Made by a program: the position numbers and the translations under genes
Notes under the pieces: model-generated
The model's database searches: none
What the model was told of the DNA's origin: nothing
The model's input: only the letters and a program-made list of their open reading frames with translations
In this document: positions 27,462 to 40,980 of the stretch, piece by piece
How positions within the stretch are numbered: the stretch's first letter is position 1
Layout of the letters: each line of letters starts with the position of its first letter
Source: Fimbriosthenelais zetlandica
Lineage: Eukaryota
Length of the DNA: 64,000 nt
Assembly: GCA_977030845.1 (NCBI GenBank)
Contig: OZ365112.1
Span: 22,072,001 to 22,136,000, forward strand
Reading direction: 5' to 3'

Positions 27462-27475
27462 ATCACACTTTGGGA
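27462..27475 (-). CDS. Nested Cys-rich membrane protein, exon 2 (14-nt micro-exon)
   Basis: TACTTTTCTTTTCAG|TCCCAAAGTGTGAT|GTAAGTAG has near-consensus splice sites. It encodes (V)PKCD and is exactly what converts exon 1 phase 1 to exon 3 phase 0. Confidence 0.85.
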
Positions 27476-27620
27476 CTGAAAAGAAAAGTACACAGAGGTC
27501 AATGGAATATTAATATTGTGTATCCACCCTTTCTCGAAATCACTATATATATAATATACATACATGTAGTTTAACGTTAATTTTCTATTTATTGTTTACA
27601 AGACACCTTAAGATACCTAC

Positions 27621-27702
27621 CATACACGTCAGCGGCTACTATGGATAAAAGGCCTACTATGCAAATTACTAGTAGGCCTACCCTCTTCCCCAAAAGAGCC
27701 AT
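27621..27702 (-). CDS. Nested Cys-rich membrane protein, exon 1 of CDS (signal peptide)
   Basis: CCCATTTTGCAG|ATG...TAT G|GTAGGT encodes MALLGKRVGLLVICIVGLLSIVAADVY, a classic n/h/c signal peptide with a probable VAA-DV cleavage. The ATG directly follows an acceptor, which implies an upstream 5'UTR exon (not located). Confidence 0.88.
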
Positions 27703-30700
27703 CTGCAAAATGGGAAGAATGAAATGAAACTATTATGATACATGAAGGGAACAAATGTCCTGAAACAGTTAAATCCATGTACAGTACCTGTGTTATTTTG
27801 AGATAGGTCCCAAGTGCGGAAACGTAAGTTTTGTTATCCTTGAAATTTCCCAAAATCAGCGATCTTAGTGGAAGAGTTATGCCAAACAGCGGGAGATAGA
27901 CTGAGAGAAAGCAGTATGTAGAATGTGGTATATGGGGACTGCATGCCTGACAGGCCATTAAGGTTATAGGGGGTGGTATTTGGCTGAACTTCATTTTCCT
28001 CATTAAAGCTTTGAGGTGGAGAATTCTTTTTTTCCTAACACAGCTTATGACAAACCAATTGATGGTTTCTGGCTTAAAATGAAAAATCAAGATGAAGCTC
28101 ATGATATCTGAGAGTCATGTTGGGAGTGTGGACACGTGTTATTAAAAGTTTAATTACTGGAAGCTTTTTCCTTATTCCAAACATTAATTACTTCATGAAT
28201 TTCTTGAGCATTGCTCAAGAAAGATGGAATTTCAACTCTACTATATAAGAATAATCTTCTGAATGCTTTCGCGACCCTGTGAAAATTGTACTCGTTTAAC
28301 ACGATCAATTGGGGTGAAAGGTTAGCACATCGAGCTGATTTGTATAAGCTCAATTTCTCTTGAGGTCAAGGGTTAGGGGGTCCATTCATCAATGGAAGAG
28401 GGACCTACGTAGGTCAGGTTGCCAATTTATCTCAGAACGTGGGTTCCATTGAAGAACAGAGAAAGGGCTATAACATCATCAAGAAAGGAAAATTAGATGA
28501 CTGTCTGATCAGCAGAATGTCAGTTTTTTCCCAAGGATCCGAATATTAAATTTTGATGCAATGCCCTTGCTTGATTTAAGCCACACCCAACTTCCCTTTT
28601 GGACATAGAAAAAAAAAAGTTTACGAAATGAGATTGTGACAGGCGTCAGACGTAAATTAATAACTGCTGTTCACTCTGTAGTGTATCAAAAAAGCTCTTG
28701 TTTTATGTATGGCCTATATGATTTGTCGAGAACCTCACACACTTAATTTTTTCCACTCTGCTAGTTTTGCTTCATATACTTCAGCTGAGCCTTTACAAGA
28801 ATGTGTTTCTCCTTGTGTGTCATCATGGCGTGGTCACCTCCTCTATGTGGTATTGGCAGTTACTTCATATATGTCGAGCTGTAACCATGGGCGTATGCTT
28901 CCATGACACACTTCTTATACTATATACCAACAAAGTTACTGAGGTATATACATTGTTATACTCTACCAACAAATTTACTGATGTATACATGTATATCTAT
29001 ACACCTGGGAGGAGAATATCATATTATAATTTATTATTATTGTACACGTGACTTTTTTATTTCAAAGTTTGGGCCTAAAAATATATGCTACCCTTAATGT
29101 TAACATACTATAAGTTTTACGAACGGGGACACAGTCTGACTCAGAGTTAGGCCTATTTATAAGAGGGGCAGATATAAAAACTTGAAGTCGGCAAACGTGT
29201 CCTCTCCTGGGCTAAAGGTCAACTACTCCATGCCCTTACACTTGCCTAATGGCAGGGCCCGTTGTCGGGGACAGGCATTGCCTAGGAACTAAATAACCTC
29301 TCCCCCCACTCAATCGCCCAGAGTGGACAAACCTGACTAAACAACTCCTAGAAAGAAAGTAGGGACGGGGGAAGGGCGCATAGAGGACTGCCTACCAAAT
29401 ATTGGACATTGACTCAAGGAATGGTTCCATCCCCATAGCTAAAGTAGCTTATGAGATTGATGGCTAGGGATGGATGGAGGCCAGAAATGTAGCATCTACA
29501 TCTTTTGGCTTGACTCTCAGTCCGATATGAGTAGATTTCGCAGTTAGAATTGAGTGCAGGTGGTCTTCACTACTTTAGCCAGAAAGTTTCTAACCGAAGT
29601 TATCCACCTATTTCTCGTTCACTGAATAGATAATATATTTTTTTGTCATATACGTGGCCTATTATAGTCCCATTTATTAATTGATGTGTACATGCAGAGA
29701 ACCATGCATTTGTACGTAAGGCCTATAGGATACTGGCATACAAGTTCCATCCCTGACTCCCTGCCATGTTTAGCAACACTCAGGGCCAGGCCACAGTGAT
29801 ACCTCATATCCCACTTATGAAGTATGGGGTTACCATCAATCCCATATATAAAGACTACAAACCCTGGACGATGCTTAAGCAGGATTTAAGCTGCTTATTC
29901 CTATCCCATTCTTTACAGGAGGGAATACCAATTACTAGTTGGTGCCATAAGGATAGAGGGATTGGAAAACCAGGAATAGTGGCCTCCATATCCTGCTTTT
30001 CTTCCCATAATGGCCGCTTTTCTATTAGCAGCAGCTCATACTGAATACAAACATATCCTCGTCTTTTCTAACTCATAAATCCTGAAAGCCTGTTCTCAGC
30101 ATTCTGTGTTTTTAATGTTACTTGGCATTTTGTTAAAACCAAGTTTACACCAAGGTCACAACTTTATAAGCATTCCCCACTTTTAATTTATTACATGATT
30201 GATAAGTTGAGCAATCCCAGTGTGTAAGGGCTCTGTGCTTTTCGTTAAGAGTGTAAATAGGTCTCTGAATGAATGCTTTCATCACTCTGTGTACGGAGGG
30301 GATTGGTGATCCTTCATGTTCTGTGAATGGAATATGCCATCAATCGTTCTTCTCTATAAGAGTTAGGGATTTGTCTAATCCTATCAGGATTATTTTCAAG
30401 AACAGTGAGTTTACCGGAGGCAAAGTTTTTCAATGGATGAGACTTTTCTCGTATATCCTCCAGTTGTTTGTGCCATGCTATTTCTTTGAGATGGATCAGA
30501 AGGACCTGCTGTGAATTCTGATGACCCTGCATTATCTGATGAACATGCATTATCTGTCTTTAATAATGCTCCCAGCAAGCTCTACATTACGTAACGAGCA
30601 TTACCTCATCACATCCCCCAGTTTTCATTTTTAATATAGCATCCAATGTAACTTTAGATAATATAGCTTGATTTGTCCTTTTTCCCCATCGACGTTGTCC

Positions 30701-33700
30701 GTTTCTTTCTACTGTAATTAGCTGTCCAATGGCCGTGTTCAGCTGTGTTATTGATGTGAAAATGCTGATTAACAAAGTACTGGAACACAATGGCAGGTGT
30801 TTCCATCCGGTCCCAGCGTAGACCAGTCAACATCTTGTAGCACTTTCCTCCAGAGGCACTTTTTAAACACAGAAAAATAAGCTCACCGTCTCGCACATCT
30901 AGCTACTAACATTAAGGAAATAATTGAATCGGTTTTAGTCGGAAATCTTCATATATGCTCACTATTTGGTTATTTTCATGATGAAGATCTGTGGGTCTTA
31001 AACAATATCTAAATGAAAAATCGTCAACAAATGGTGAAAGATTCATTTTCCCACTGTCAACTTAAAACATATGTTGTGGAAGTGTTATGGAAATTAATGT
31101 CTGATTAAATTTCGAGTTAATTTGAAATTCTAGACGCAAACGGGCTTTGTTCTTGAGGAAGTTAAACTCTTCCGCATTGGCACAATTAAGTTCCAAATCT
31201 CGTGTTTCTACATGGGGAGTTCAGCCTGGAACTTGCTAGGATAATGAGACAATTAACCTCAACTATTTCTTTGTCTGCACCTTGGTACCGTAAGTATGTG
31301 CATACGATCTAGAAATGTAGTGAAATACACGTAGTTGAACAGAAGAATCCTGGTAGATACGTAACTGAATGTTGCAACTAAGCATTGATATCGCATAATC
31401 GTCGGTTTAATGAAGAAACACCACAGTCAGACCTTTTGCTGCATTCCCCACCTCTTATCTGACTAGCCTTCGTTAGAAACACATAGTTGTTGCAGAATAC
31501 AACATTTTTCGAATGATAATCTTGTATTATTTTAGGGGGGAATCTTGAGCATTGTTCTTAATGTTTGTGTCCGAGTTGTTCCAGAAAATGGTCATTTTCT
31601 TTGCTGCAAGTTTCTGAATAATAAAATCCAATTTAGTTTCCATTACAGAGGGGATTATTTATTATTCAAGTGATTAATGCAAGCCTCCAAGAGTGGATTC
31701 AGCGTTTTCACAATGGAATCCTTGCTTTATTTAGAATGATCACTCTTCACTGGGCCAAAGCAATCATTGCAGTGCTTTCTTATTCAATGAATGGGAAATT
31801 TGTGAATTCACAACTCGATCAACAGATTTTTAAGACTTGGTTGACATGAGTTATTAATTCTAACTGAACAGTGACGGGCTTAATCTTGATGGACGCAAAG
31901 CACTGGTCTTCTTCAACTGCCGAAAGTACTAAATTGCCCGGTCCACAGACACATCCCCTGTTTGAGAACTGCTTCTTAAAGACATCTGACCCAATGATTA
32001 CTTTTAACGGGATACACGCTACAGTGTACATTCTATAACGCTTTGTTCATTCTACATCAGATTATATATGGGATTAGAATGTATCCACCAAATCATTACT
32101 TATGATAAACATATATATACATTTGCCTTTCATAATAATAAGTAGACCTCGAACAACAACCTCTCCAACTCCATTGTTTCCTTCCTTCATCAAATATGCA
32201 GTGAAATCCTCTTGTTCACTCATTTCATTTCCATTCCAAGAAAAGTCATTTTTTGTTATTCCTCCCATGTTTTTTTTCGCGATAACGCATTGTCATCTTC
32301 AGTGAAAAGTGTTAGGTACCGTGTGTACAATTGTCCCATATCATAAGGGGTTAACATAATAGTTTTCATTACTATGCTGCTTTTGGAGATGTGGGTATTT
32401 CTCTTATGGCTCCCATGCAGACTCGAGGAAAAACAACAGCCTGTACTCTGCCTTTAAGCATACATTCATCAACGGGCATTATAGGACTCAAGGGTATAAT
32501 TGTAGGTTTTTTCTTCTACCTTACGAATGTCGTTTTCCATATTGCAAGATAAAACAATTGGAACAACTGAATTCCTTGTATTGTCCTTACATAATAGCCG
32601 GTGGAACAAATGCCTGAGAGTACCATTTAATTAATTGATATTCAAAACATGTTCATTATGCCTGTACTAATATTAGGTGGAACATAATTTCATGAGTCGA
32701 GTTCTATCATCAGTTGCACTCCTTCTGTTGTCACCCAGTCAATTATAAGTGTGTTTGTATCTTGATCCAGATATGAAGACATTCATATTTGATATCATCC
32801 AGAGGAAGGCTATCAGTGTATATGGAAATGAGATCTATACAAATATCTGAAGTCGTTCTCTCTTCACCGATCTGGTAGGGCAGCTTTGTTTTCCATCCCT
32901 TATCTCACAAATTGAACACTCAAAGATCGTGATGTAAGATGACGGAACGTTGATTCTCTCCATCTTATGTGATGTCAAATATTGTCTGCCAAAGCGTTTG
33001 TCCACTCCGCAAAGGGACCTAACTGGAAGACGATAAAACTGACATTTATATGATGCATTCTCTTCTCCATTTGATCCATCAGACTGAACTGAAATGGATA
33101 AGGACCAGGCTATGCCACCAATGAAGTCATTTTGCTATGTAATACATCAAATCTCTCGTGACAGGAACTAAATAATTCATATCAGATATGATGGCCCCAG
33201 CTTGTGCTGTCTCGGAGAAGGGCGTCAGGCTCGTTTTCTTCAGCATCAGTCTAAACACTGACAGTAGTCATAATTCCAGTATGGCTATAGACCTACACAA
33301 TAGATTATCCCATCCTCCATTGCTTTCTTTTTCTCTCCCAAAAATATGTACTGACCGTCGGATGTTTGGAAGCAATTCCTGTGGAGTATTAGCGAAGTTC
33401 CATCCTGAGGGGGAAAGGAATTTGCATTTTCATTTTTTATGAGTCATGTTTACATTGTTATACCGCACAAATACGAGAGAAGAGAAAACAAATCTACTTT
33501 AAATGGTTTATCAAAAAATAGAAATTGGAAGTTCCTGCTCTCCGATTTTATTTCTAGGATAGAGTTTCTCCGAGACAAATGTGTTTTACCAGATCTCAGT
33601 TTCAGTAAGAAAAGCAAAATGATTTATCCTTAAACTTGAACTAGTTAAAGTGGCTTAGAGCTTCTACAATACTATTGTAGAAGAAGACCTATCCTGCCAT

Positions 33701-36700
33701 CGTATTGTGGGTTTCATGTATCCAATCTGGTTCTACAGTTTCTTGTCAGTGATTTGTGTATGCCACATCAGATTCATGTTAAAACGACCTATTGTATTCA
33801 GTTTGTGTAAGTCCTCTTGTAGAAAGAACTGCTAAGTCAGCCAACAGACCTTTTAATAGGGCCTTTTATATAACGAGGCAACCTATCCAACATAAGCAAT
33901 AAGTCAGTATTGAATCTTTTAAATTCCACCATTGTGTTTTTTCCAGAGTTTGTTTGAATAGAATATTCAACTTTAAACATATAACACATCAGGGCATGCA
34001 AACTAAGGTGTTTTGAACCGTCTAAAGGGACCGATAGTTTGTCTGCAGGTAATTGAGGATGTCATTGCAAAAATCGATGTAGGGTAATCCAGTTCTTTAA
34101 TGGGGAACATTTCTCTACCAGATTTGTCCTTGCGATTTTCTACTTTTGGCATGTTACAGAAGGTTCCTTCCTTCTTTCGGTATTGTCGCAACATCCACAG
34201 CAGGACATACTAGAGCACCATAGTTGCATTGCTATTGATATTGCTGCAAGAAAATGGGTCGCTTGAGGTGATTCTAGTAGAAGCAAGAAAAGTGGACTAT
34301 GCAAAGCTGATAGTATAGGCGAAGTCCTCTCTTGTGTATACCTAACAACAGTTGAGATGTGATAACAGACTTCACATAACGAGTTCTTTAATCCTTGTTA
34401 TGTGATATAAGGATTAATTTTGGGTTGTAAAAAGACGTGTGGTCTTTTTATGGGGCTGCATGCATAAGCAATAAGCAATGTAACTCCCCTACGTAGTTGC
34501 CACGGTTTGTGACCCATCTGTGATCAATTCCCACTCTTAAATAAAGATATTATTTCCAGGCGCAAAACACCATTGTTAGGTGTAAGACAAATCCTAATTT
34601 TATACTGAGTGGCGTCTCAATACGTGTGCCAATTATTTGAGCCTGAATCAAGCTTGCCACTTTCAACATAAGAAATTATGTCCTTTCAATACAAATATAG
34701 ATCTATGCAATTTTCGATGTGAAGGTCCTCTCTTGTTTACTAGATTTAACCTTTTATCATCTTGTATCATTGTTCTACAGTCAATACAAACAAATAATAC
34801 TATGCTCCCTTTGATTGAGATATTAGGATCTCATTGTCCTTTATTTTTGTTGACAACACCTTTATTGGAAATCATTGCTTCATCAGGGCTATACAAGATA
34901 ATACATATATATGGACTACACGGAGAAATGTGTTTTCCCTATCCTAATCCTATTAATACAGAACGCCCCTACACGGCCCTTACCTGTCATGATTATTGGC
35001 CTGGAGGTGAATCCCGCAGAGGATTAATGTGCAGTCTCCGCTCCTGGAGAGGGCCACAATATATCCTAATCTGACTAGGAAGATTTGCCTACATCTGATT
35101 CAGCCATATGTTACTTACACTAGTCGAAGGGAAGCCTATGTTGTCATTAGCATCCTGCTAGCTATGTTTGATCTATGCCTCTCAGTGTTTGTCATAGCAT
35201 TAAAAAGGTACCAGGCTCTGCTTTTAAAAAGATTGAAAAGACAGCTGCAGGGAATCTTCTGTAGAACAAATATTCGCCTGCTTCCTAATTCTCTGCAGGC
35301 TCTTTCATTTTTAGACCATGAATGAGCTAGAAGATATGAAAGAATTCTGTCGACAACTTCAATGTATGATTCTGCTTGCATTTTCTTCAGATATGTATTT
35401 TTCCCAAACTTATTTTGCTACATACATGGAGGAAAAAGAAATTCTAGTGTAGGTCTTTCAGGGACCGCCCCTTCATTATTTTCGTAATATTTTAATGTCT
35501 AGGAATTATTTTCCAAGTCGATTTATACTGATCTATCCTTCAGGTGGATGAATAGGCCTTGTCTGCAGAAATGATAATGGCACATTTATGTTATTGTTTG
35601 ACATTGCGTCTAATGTTTCCAACTCTGTATACCATTACATTATTGCAGTAATTGAGTTTCTGACCCTTTGCATTGAGTTGGAGACAGTTTCCTGACCTTG
35701 GAATAGATTCAGTTTCCTGGAAGGCCCTATCATCCTTCCTTCTATCTTGTGCCTTTTTGTTTGTCACCGTTCCATGATACCCATCTGTTGTTGGTGTCAA
35801 AGATACAAAAACGCAGTAGTTTTTACCTGGTTATTTGCTTGACAGGATAGCAGATTTTAAATTCTGTATTCTGATAGATTTCTTGTGCCTCATCTCAGGC
35901 CCCTGATGCCTCCAGTGAGTGATCTGACAATATAAATGTTCCCTACTGCAATTACACCATAATTAAGACCATTAGAGAGAAGATGCTTTTGATATGGTTA
36001 GCCAGAAGGGCCATCTGTTTCCTTAGATCTGAGCTTCTTCAATAAGTATCCATTTTGGTAGAAGACAGTCATTATCTGGTGCAAAAAAACACCGATTTTC
36101 CCGCCTGTAGAATTTTAGCTTTAATTACTAAGCAGGATGGTACAGAAAGACCACACCCCTAGAGTTTTATTTACTCCCAAGATTAAGATGTTTTCTTTCT
36201 TTTAGTATACCTTAGATTTTTTGCCAGAGGTTTTCCAAAAGCTCTAAATGTTTTCACTCATACTGATAGATTCATTGATGTTTTCAAGTGCACCCTCATT
36301 AAAGTTTAGAGTTGAGCTTCCTGTTATTTGGACTTCTACCTTGTACAATGGCTTATATATAGGATTCCTCTATCTCTGGGCAACCAAAGAAAAGGGCAAG
36401 GGGGAAGTAAGGAAGGGAATTGAGGTACCGGTAGTGAGAGGAAGTTACTGATGTAAATACCATTGAGAAAATTACATTGACATGGGGCCTTGAGGCCGTC
36501 TGAAAGACATCCTTGGTCAGTGAACTCTTTTGCAGCAGGAGATGCAACAATGGTAGAGAGACGACCTTCAGTCAATTACTTTCCTCCTTTGACCAATGTC
36601 TTGCTGAAAATCAAATCAAGCCATCAAATACAAACATGATACAGAGTGGAAAGCCTCGCCAATCTCTCTCCAAGGCCAATTAACTGTTAAAAAAATGCAT

Positions 36701-37379
36701 TTGTCAAGAAATCTTCAGAGGATGTTTAGGTCTAAAAAGGTAACAAATTAAGTCATGCGAACTGGGTTGCTTCCTCCATTATTTAAGACTCCGAGATGTC
36801 ATCCCGCAGGCAGCTGCATGACGTGGTGAGCGTCATGCAATGACATTATTAAAAGGAAGTGGTAGGTGGATTGAAATATTGCCCTTCCCCCATGAAAGGT
36901 CTTCTCGTGACCCTTTTGTTAGCACGTGGGCTAACACAATCCATTTCCCAGAGACGCAAGTTTTTAGGTCCTCTATATCCTTTGTATATATGAAGGCCAC
37001 CTTTGGGAGGCTTTTCCATGGGGATATGTGTGTCCTGAGGAATCGAATGAAAAACAGGCTCATTCTAAGGTTTTGGATCACACCGAAGGATTTCATTGTA
37101 GACCTATGACCTAGAGTTCCATGATTTCCTTAGAGTGAGATAGGGTCCCTTTATATTACAGGGTCCTCGGGTTGTACAATGTACAGTTTTGATTTGTGAA
37201 TGGTCATCATGTACTGTGACCTCTGGTACGTGAATTGCGCTCTTCAACTTCCTGGGCTCAGTTCATTACAGAGGATTGACATTTACAGGTAGTTCAATTT
37301 TTGAAACATCACCCTATTATGTCCTGTAATTGGTTTAAGGTCTGTTGACACTAAACCCTTCAGCAGTTCCTTTACCTTA

Positions 37380-38120
37380 ATTCTCATGAGATTTGATCTT
37401 TAAATCAAAGATATATTTGGTATCAAACATATCTAAATATGATGGCCTTCAAATGATCATCCAGTGGACACCACTCGTTTGCTCTGCACTGACACCTCTG
37501 CATGCATACCTAGACCCAAGAGAAACCTGCAGGGTTGTGTGTTCGTCATTTAGAGTTAGAAAATGAGAGGGATGCTAAATAATGGATGTGACTCCTGTCC
37601 CTAAGTGAATAGAACTGTTGGCGTTCCATTTGGCTGGGCCTTAAGTGGCTCTCACTAGTGTAGCCTCAGGAGCTCATGCAGTCATTCAGTCAAGGATTGT
37701 TTTCAGCTGCAGGTTAAATCTTTTGTAATTCCCAGCCATTTGCACGTTTGATTCCCCACTTAAACCTGGAATCACTTAATAAGCTGAAAACAACTCAAAC
37801 ACTTCCCAGTGCAAGCAAGCCCTAAAGACAGGTGTATCCTAAGGAATTTCATCTTGCACTATGCAAATGCTGGTTTTACTGAGGCAAATCTGAACTTCAC
37901 TCACTCATTTTGATCACTTGTCAGTCAGAATTCTGCATGGTATTTCCCTGCAGTGTTTATTCCCACCAAATGGATGTTTGATCGATGGCTTCTACGAGCA
38001 GGGAGTACTGGGAGAACTCGCTAAGATTTGTACTGGGATATTCACTTTCAAAGAGTTTCTTCCAAAGATTCCTGGTGCCTTCAATCAAAAGGTTCCTTTA
38101 ATTAATGCGTCCTGCTAGCA
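37380..38120 (-). mobile_element. Possible decayed LINE reverse-transcriptase fragment
   Basis: A minus frame gives VIPGLSG...GNYKRFNL (compare IPxxK...NYRPISL) followed later by YLDMFDTK (compare FLDxxKAFD). It is interrupted by stops. Confidence 0.3.
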
Positions 38121-40534
38121 GTGATTATACTTGGGATGCAGAGCTCGGTCTTCGTGGTCTTATGTTCTATGTCGCCACTATTGTTCAACCAGCTTTTCTG
38201 GGACTTAAAATAGGAATTTTTCATCCACAGTAGCGGACAGATTCTGCCATTAAAGATTATTTATCGATACCAGAAATACCACATAGAGCCTAGTGGATAT
38301 TGATCAGGAGATAAATCATACTAGACCCTCGCTGAATACATTCCTATTTAATATGGGTAATGTCCTATTGATTACAGAGACTAAAATGACAAGTTGGGTT
38401 ATAGCATGGATGCTTAGTCTACTCCCACGTGTCAGGATTATCACAACACATTGTTTCCCTTTTAAAATGATACCAGGTGCATCCTTATTATCAATCATTT
38501 GAGAATACAGAGATATGGACTTGGATATTTTTTATCCTTTCGAACATTGTATTTCAGTTGCTTCACAGTGTATCATCGTGTCCTTAATTCATTAAATCTT
38601 TGTCGGCAAAGTCCGATGAACTGATGTAGTTGAGAGTACAAGTAATCACAGGTGATGAAATATCCTCCCGTGGATGTATTTAATCTCTATATACAAAATT
38701 GTATCGGCAAACTTCAATACTTTCTGAACAGTTTCCAGCTTTGATGAAATTCATTTAAAGCTTTCTCTAGTTTGAAATTTACTGTTTCTGATTAATTTAA
38801 AAACTATCTGTGATAGACCCTAATTCGCAACACGAGGGACTGTTGGAATATTAATTGAAGATCTCATTTTGACCATGTTTCATGATCCGTAGTCAAATTA
38901 ATTCATCCCGAGAATTGTGTTAGATATTTTCAAGCAGTGTGGTCTGGTTTTCTCGTAAATCTAATTAGGAAACTTAGCAGGGAGTATTAAGGTGGGGTTC
39001 TCCGCTCGTCATTAGCTTGTGGCATGGTAAAGCCACCGAGTACTACTGAAGTAAATGAGCAAATGTCCCACCGTACATTAAACAAGGCTGTTCAATTTGG
39101 GTTTCTGACTGAAGTCTGCAGTAGGGGGATAAATCAGGTGGTTTGTACATAATGATTGATGTCAGGCTAATTATACAGGACTGCAGTATTATATCCTTTG
39201 GTCTGAGGACCTGTAATATGCATTACTCAACAAGCTCATTGTTCTACTACGCTTTAGCCTGTGTTTATGCAATCAGTCCATTAAGCAATGTATGGCTCCT
39301 TGGACAGTTGGAATTTGCTTCCTGTTATCAACTGAAATCCAAGATCGATGCATCCTCTTGAACAAGCCCTGTATCTTGTATACTGGCTTAACTGTAATGC
39401 TGATGGAAACTTAGGCTTAACCTGGATGATTAGATCTCCAAGCAAATTGCTACTGATTTAGATCCAACCCAGATGTAGTGTATGGATAGGTTAAACCATT
39501 CATCAACCCTCTATTATCCAGATCCGTTATCAATAGATTAGTACAATATCTATATCTGCGGTGTAGGGCAACATGTGAAAATATAATACTACACAAAGCA
39601 CTTATTTGATTTCTGAGTCTAAAATGGTGAGACCATATGTTCAGGAGCAGATACGAGGAATACCTAATGTAACAAACATGACATTAGGGCTGCACACAGC
39701 ATGCAATTTACAGGACCCAGTGCACTGCTATTTCTTGTAAACCCAGAAGAGTCTCATCTAGGAGCGCAGTGAGGGGTTGAGGGAGGATCCCCAGATCTCA
39801 TTCACTTGGGATCACCATGTCCTTTACTCCCTGAGTGGGTGGTCTTACAACCCTTCAATGGAGGTGATTTGAATTGATTTCCCATCCCTCAACAGAGGAC
39901 TAGTACAACCTTTCTTTTTTGGAAAGGGCAAGGGTGACCCTAAGAAAGGAATCGCTCTTTTTTTCCACAATAGATGCCACTATTGGTGTCAACCAAAGAT
40001 TTTATATGGAAATGAGAAAGAGAGCATGACTACAGGGTATATAGAAGAGCAACCTGAGGGTTGGCATTAATTTAAAATTATTCCTTGCAAATATGGAAAG
40101 GTGGTAGAAGGCCGAGTAACGAATTTAAATCAGCTTTCCTCTGATCCCGAATCAAAAGTTGAATTATTCATGATTGCACTATAATAAGCTTATCATTTAA
40201 TGGTTGGAATATGAGCATCTGAAGCATGGACGTTATCCTGCACATCTCACCATAGTGGTTCTTGATCAAAACAAGTGTTATTTTTTAAAGAGATAAGCAT
40301 CATAAACACAAAATGTTTATGTGTAAAGACATGCATCTAATGAACCTCGAGGGAATGATTATTCCTACATTAGCTTAGCAGATGGTTGTTTCCATGACAT
40401 GATGTACAAGTTCTATCTAATCTGCTGCAGCAGAAAATAACTATATATTCGTGTAGTCATAATACCCTTCAAGAAATTTCACTTGATGTCTTCAAGAATA
40501 GAGTACTAATGATACTTGTTTTCATTTTTTGCAG

Positions 40535-40980
40535 TGTTCTCACTCATATCCAGTGTTCTCACACTAACCCTGATCTCGTGTGATCGTTTCTTCGGGATCG
40601 TCTTTGCCATGAAGGCTCACTTCACGGAGCGCCGAGCTTTGCCTTTGATAGCTCTTATCTGGATCTTATCTGTGGGTATGTCCACGCCACTCTTATTTTA
40701 TCGCCATCAGTTTTCACGAGAATGGGCTAACCATCTGGAGATATGGTGTGGAGACACTTGGCCCGTGGTCCAGCAGTTTGATGCGACCACCAACATGAGC
40801 ACAGTGGCACACCCTTCTAGAAAGTTCTACTACACTTTTATCTCAGTGGTGCTCTACTTCATACCTATCGTCATCATGACTGTGGCTTACTCTCTCATTA
40901 TCTGGAAACTGTGGAGAAAGCAGACACCCGGGGAACGAACAAACATAGAGAACAATTCACAAATGAGAATGAAAAGGAAG
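40535..40980 (+). CDS. GPCR-A exon 2 (446 nt): TM3 DRF motif, TM4, ECL2, TM5, ICL3
   Basis: TTCATTTTTTGCAG|TG completes V with the exon 1 G. Translation VFSLISSVLTLTLISCDRFFGIVF...IWILS...EIWCGDTWP...YFIPIVIMTVAYSLI...MKRK|GTAAGT. Confidence 0.96.

Noticed and set aside
27629-28102. 157-aa minus ORF from the track
   Set aside because: It is mostly intronic/upstream sequence, and it overlaps the real signal-peptide exon in a different frame.
32700-33450. Possible Gypsy/Ginger integrase zinc-finger remnant on the minus strand
   Set aside because: Only scattered words match and no DDE motif is recoverable.
34637-35381. Cluster of 80-145-aa ORFs on both strands
   Set aside because: The translations are AT-rich with no motifs or consistent splice phases.
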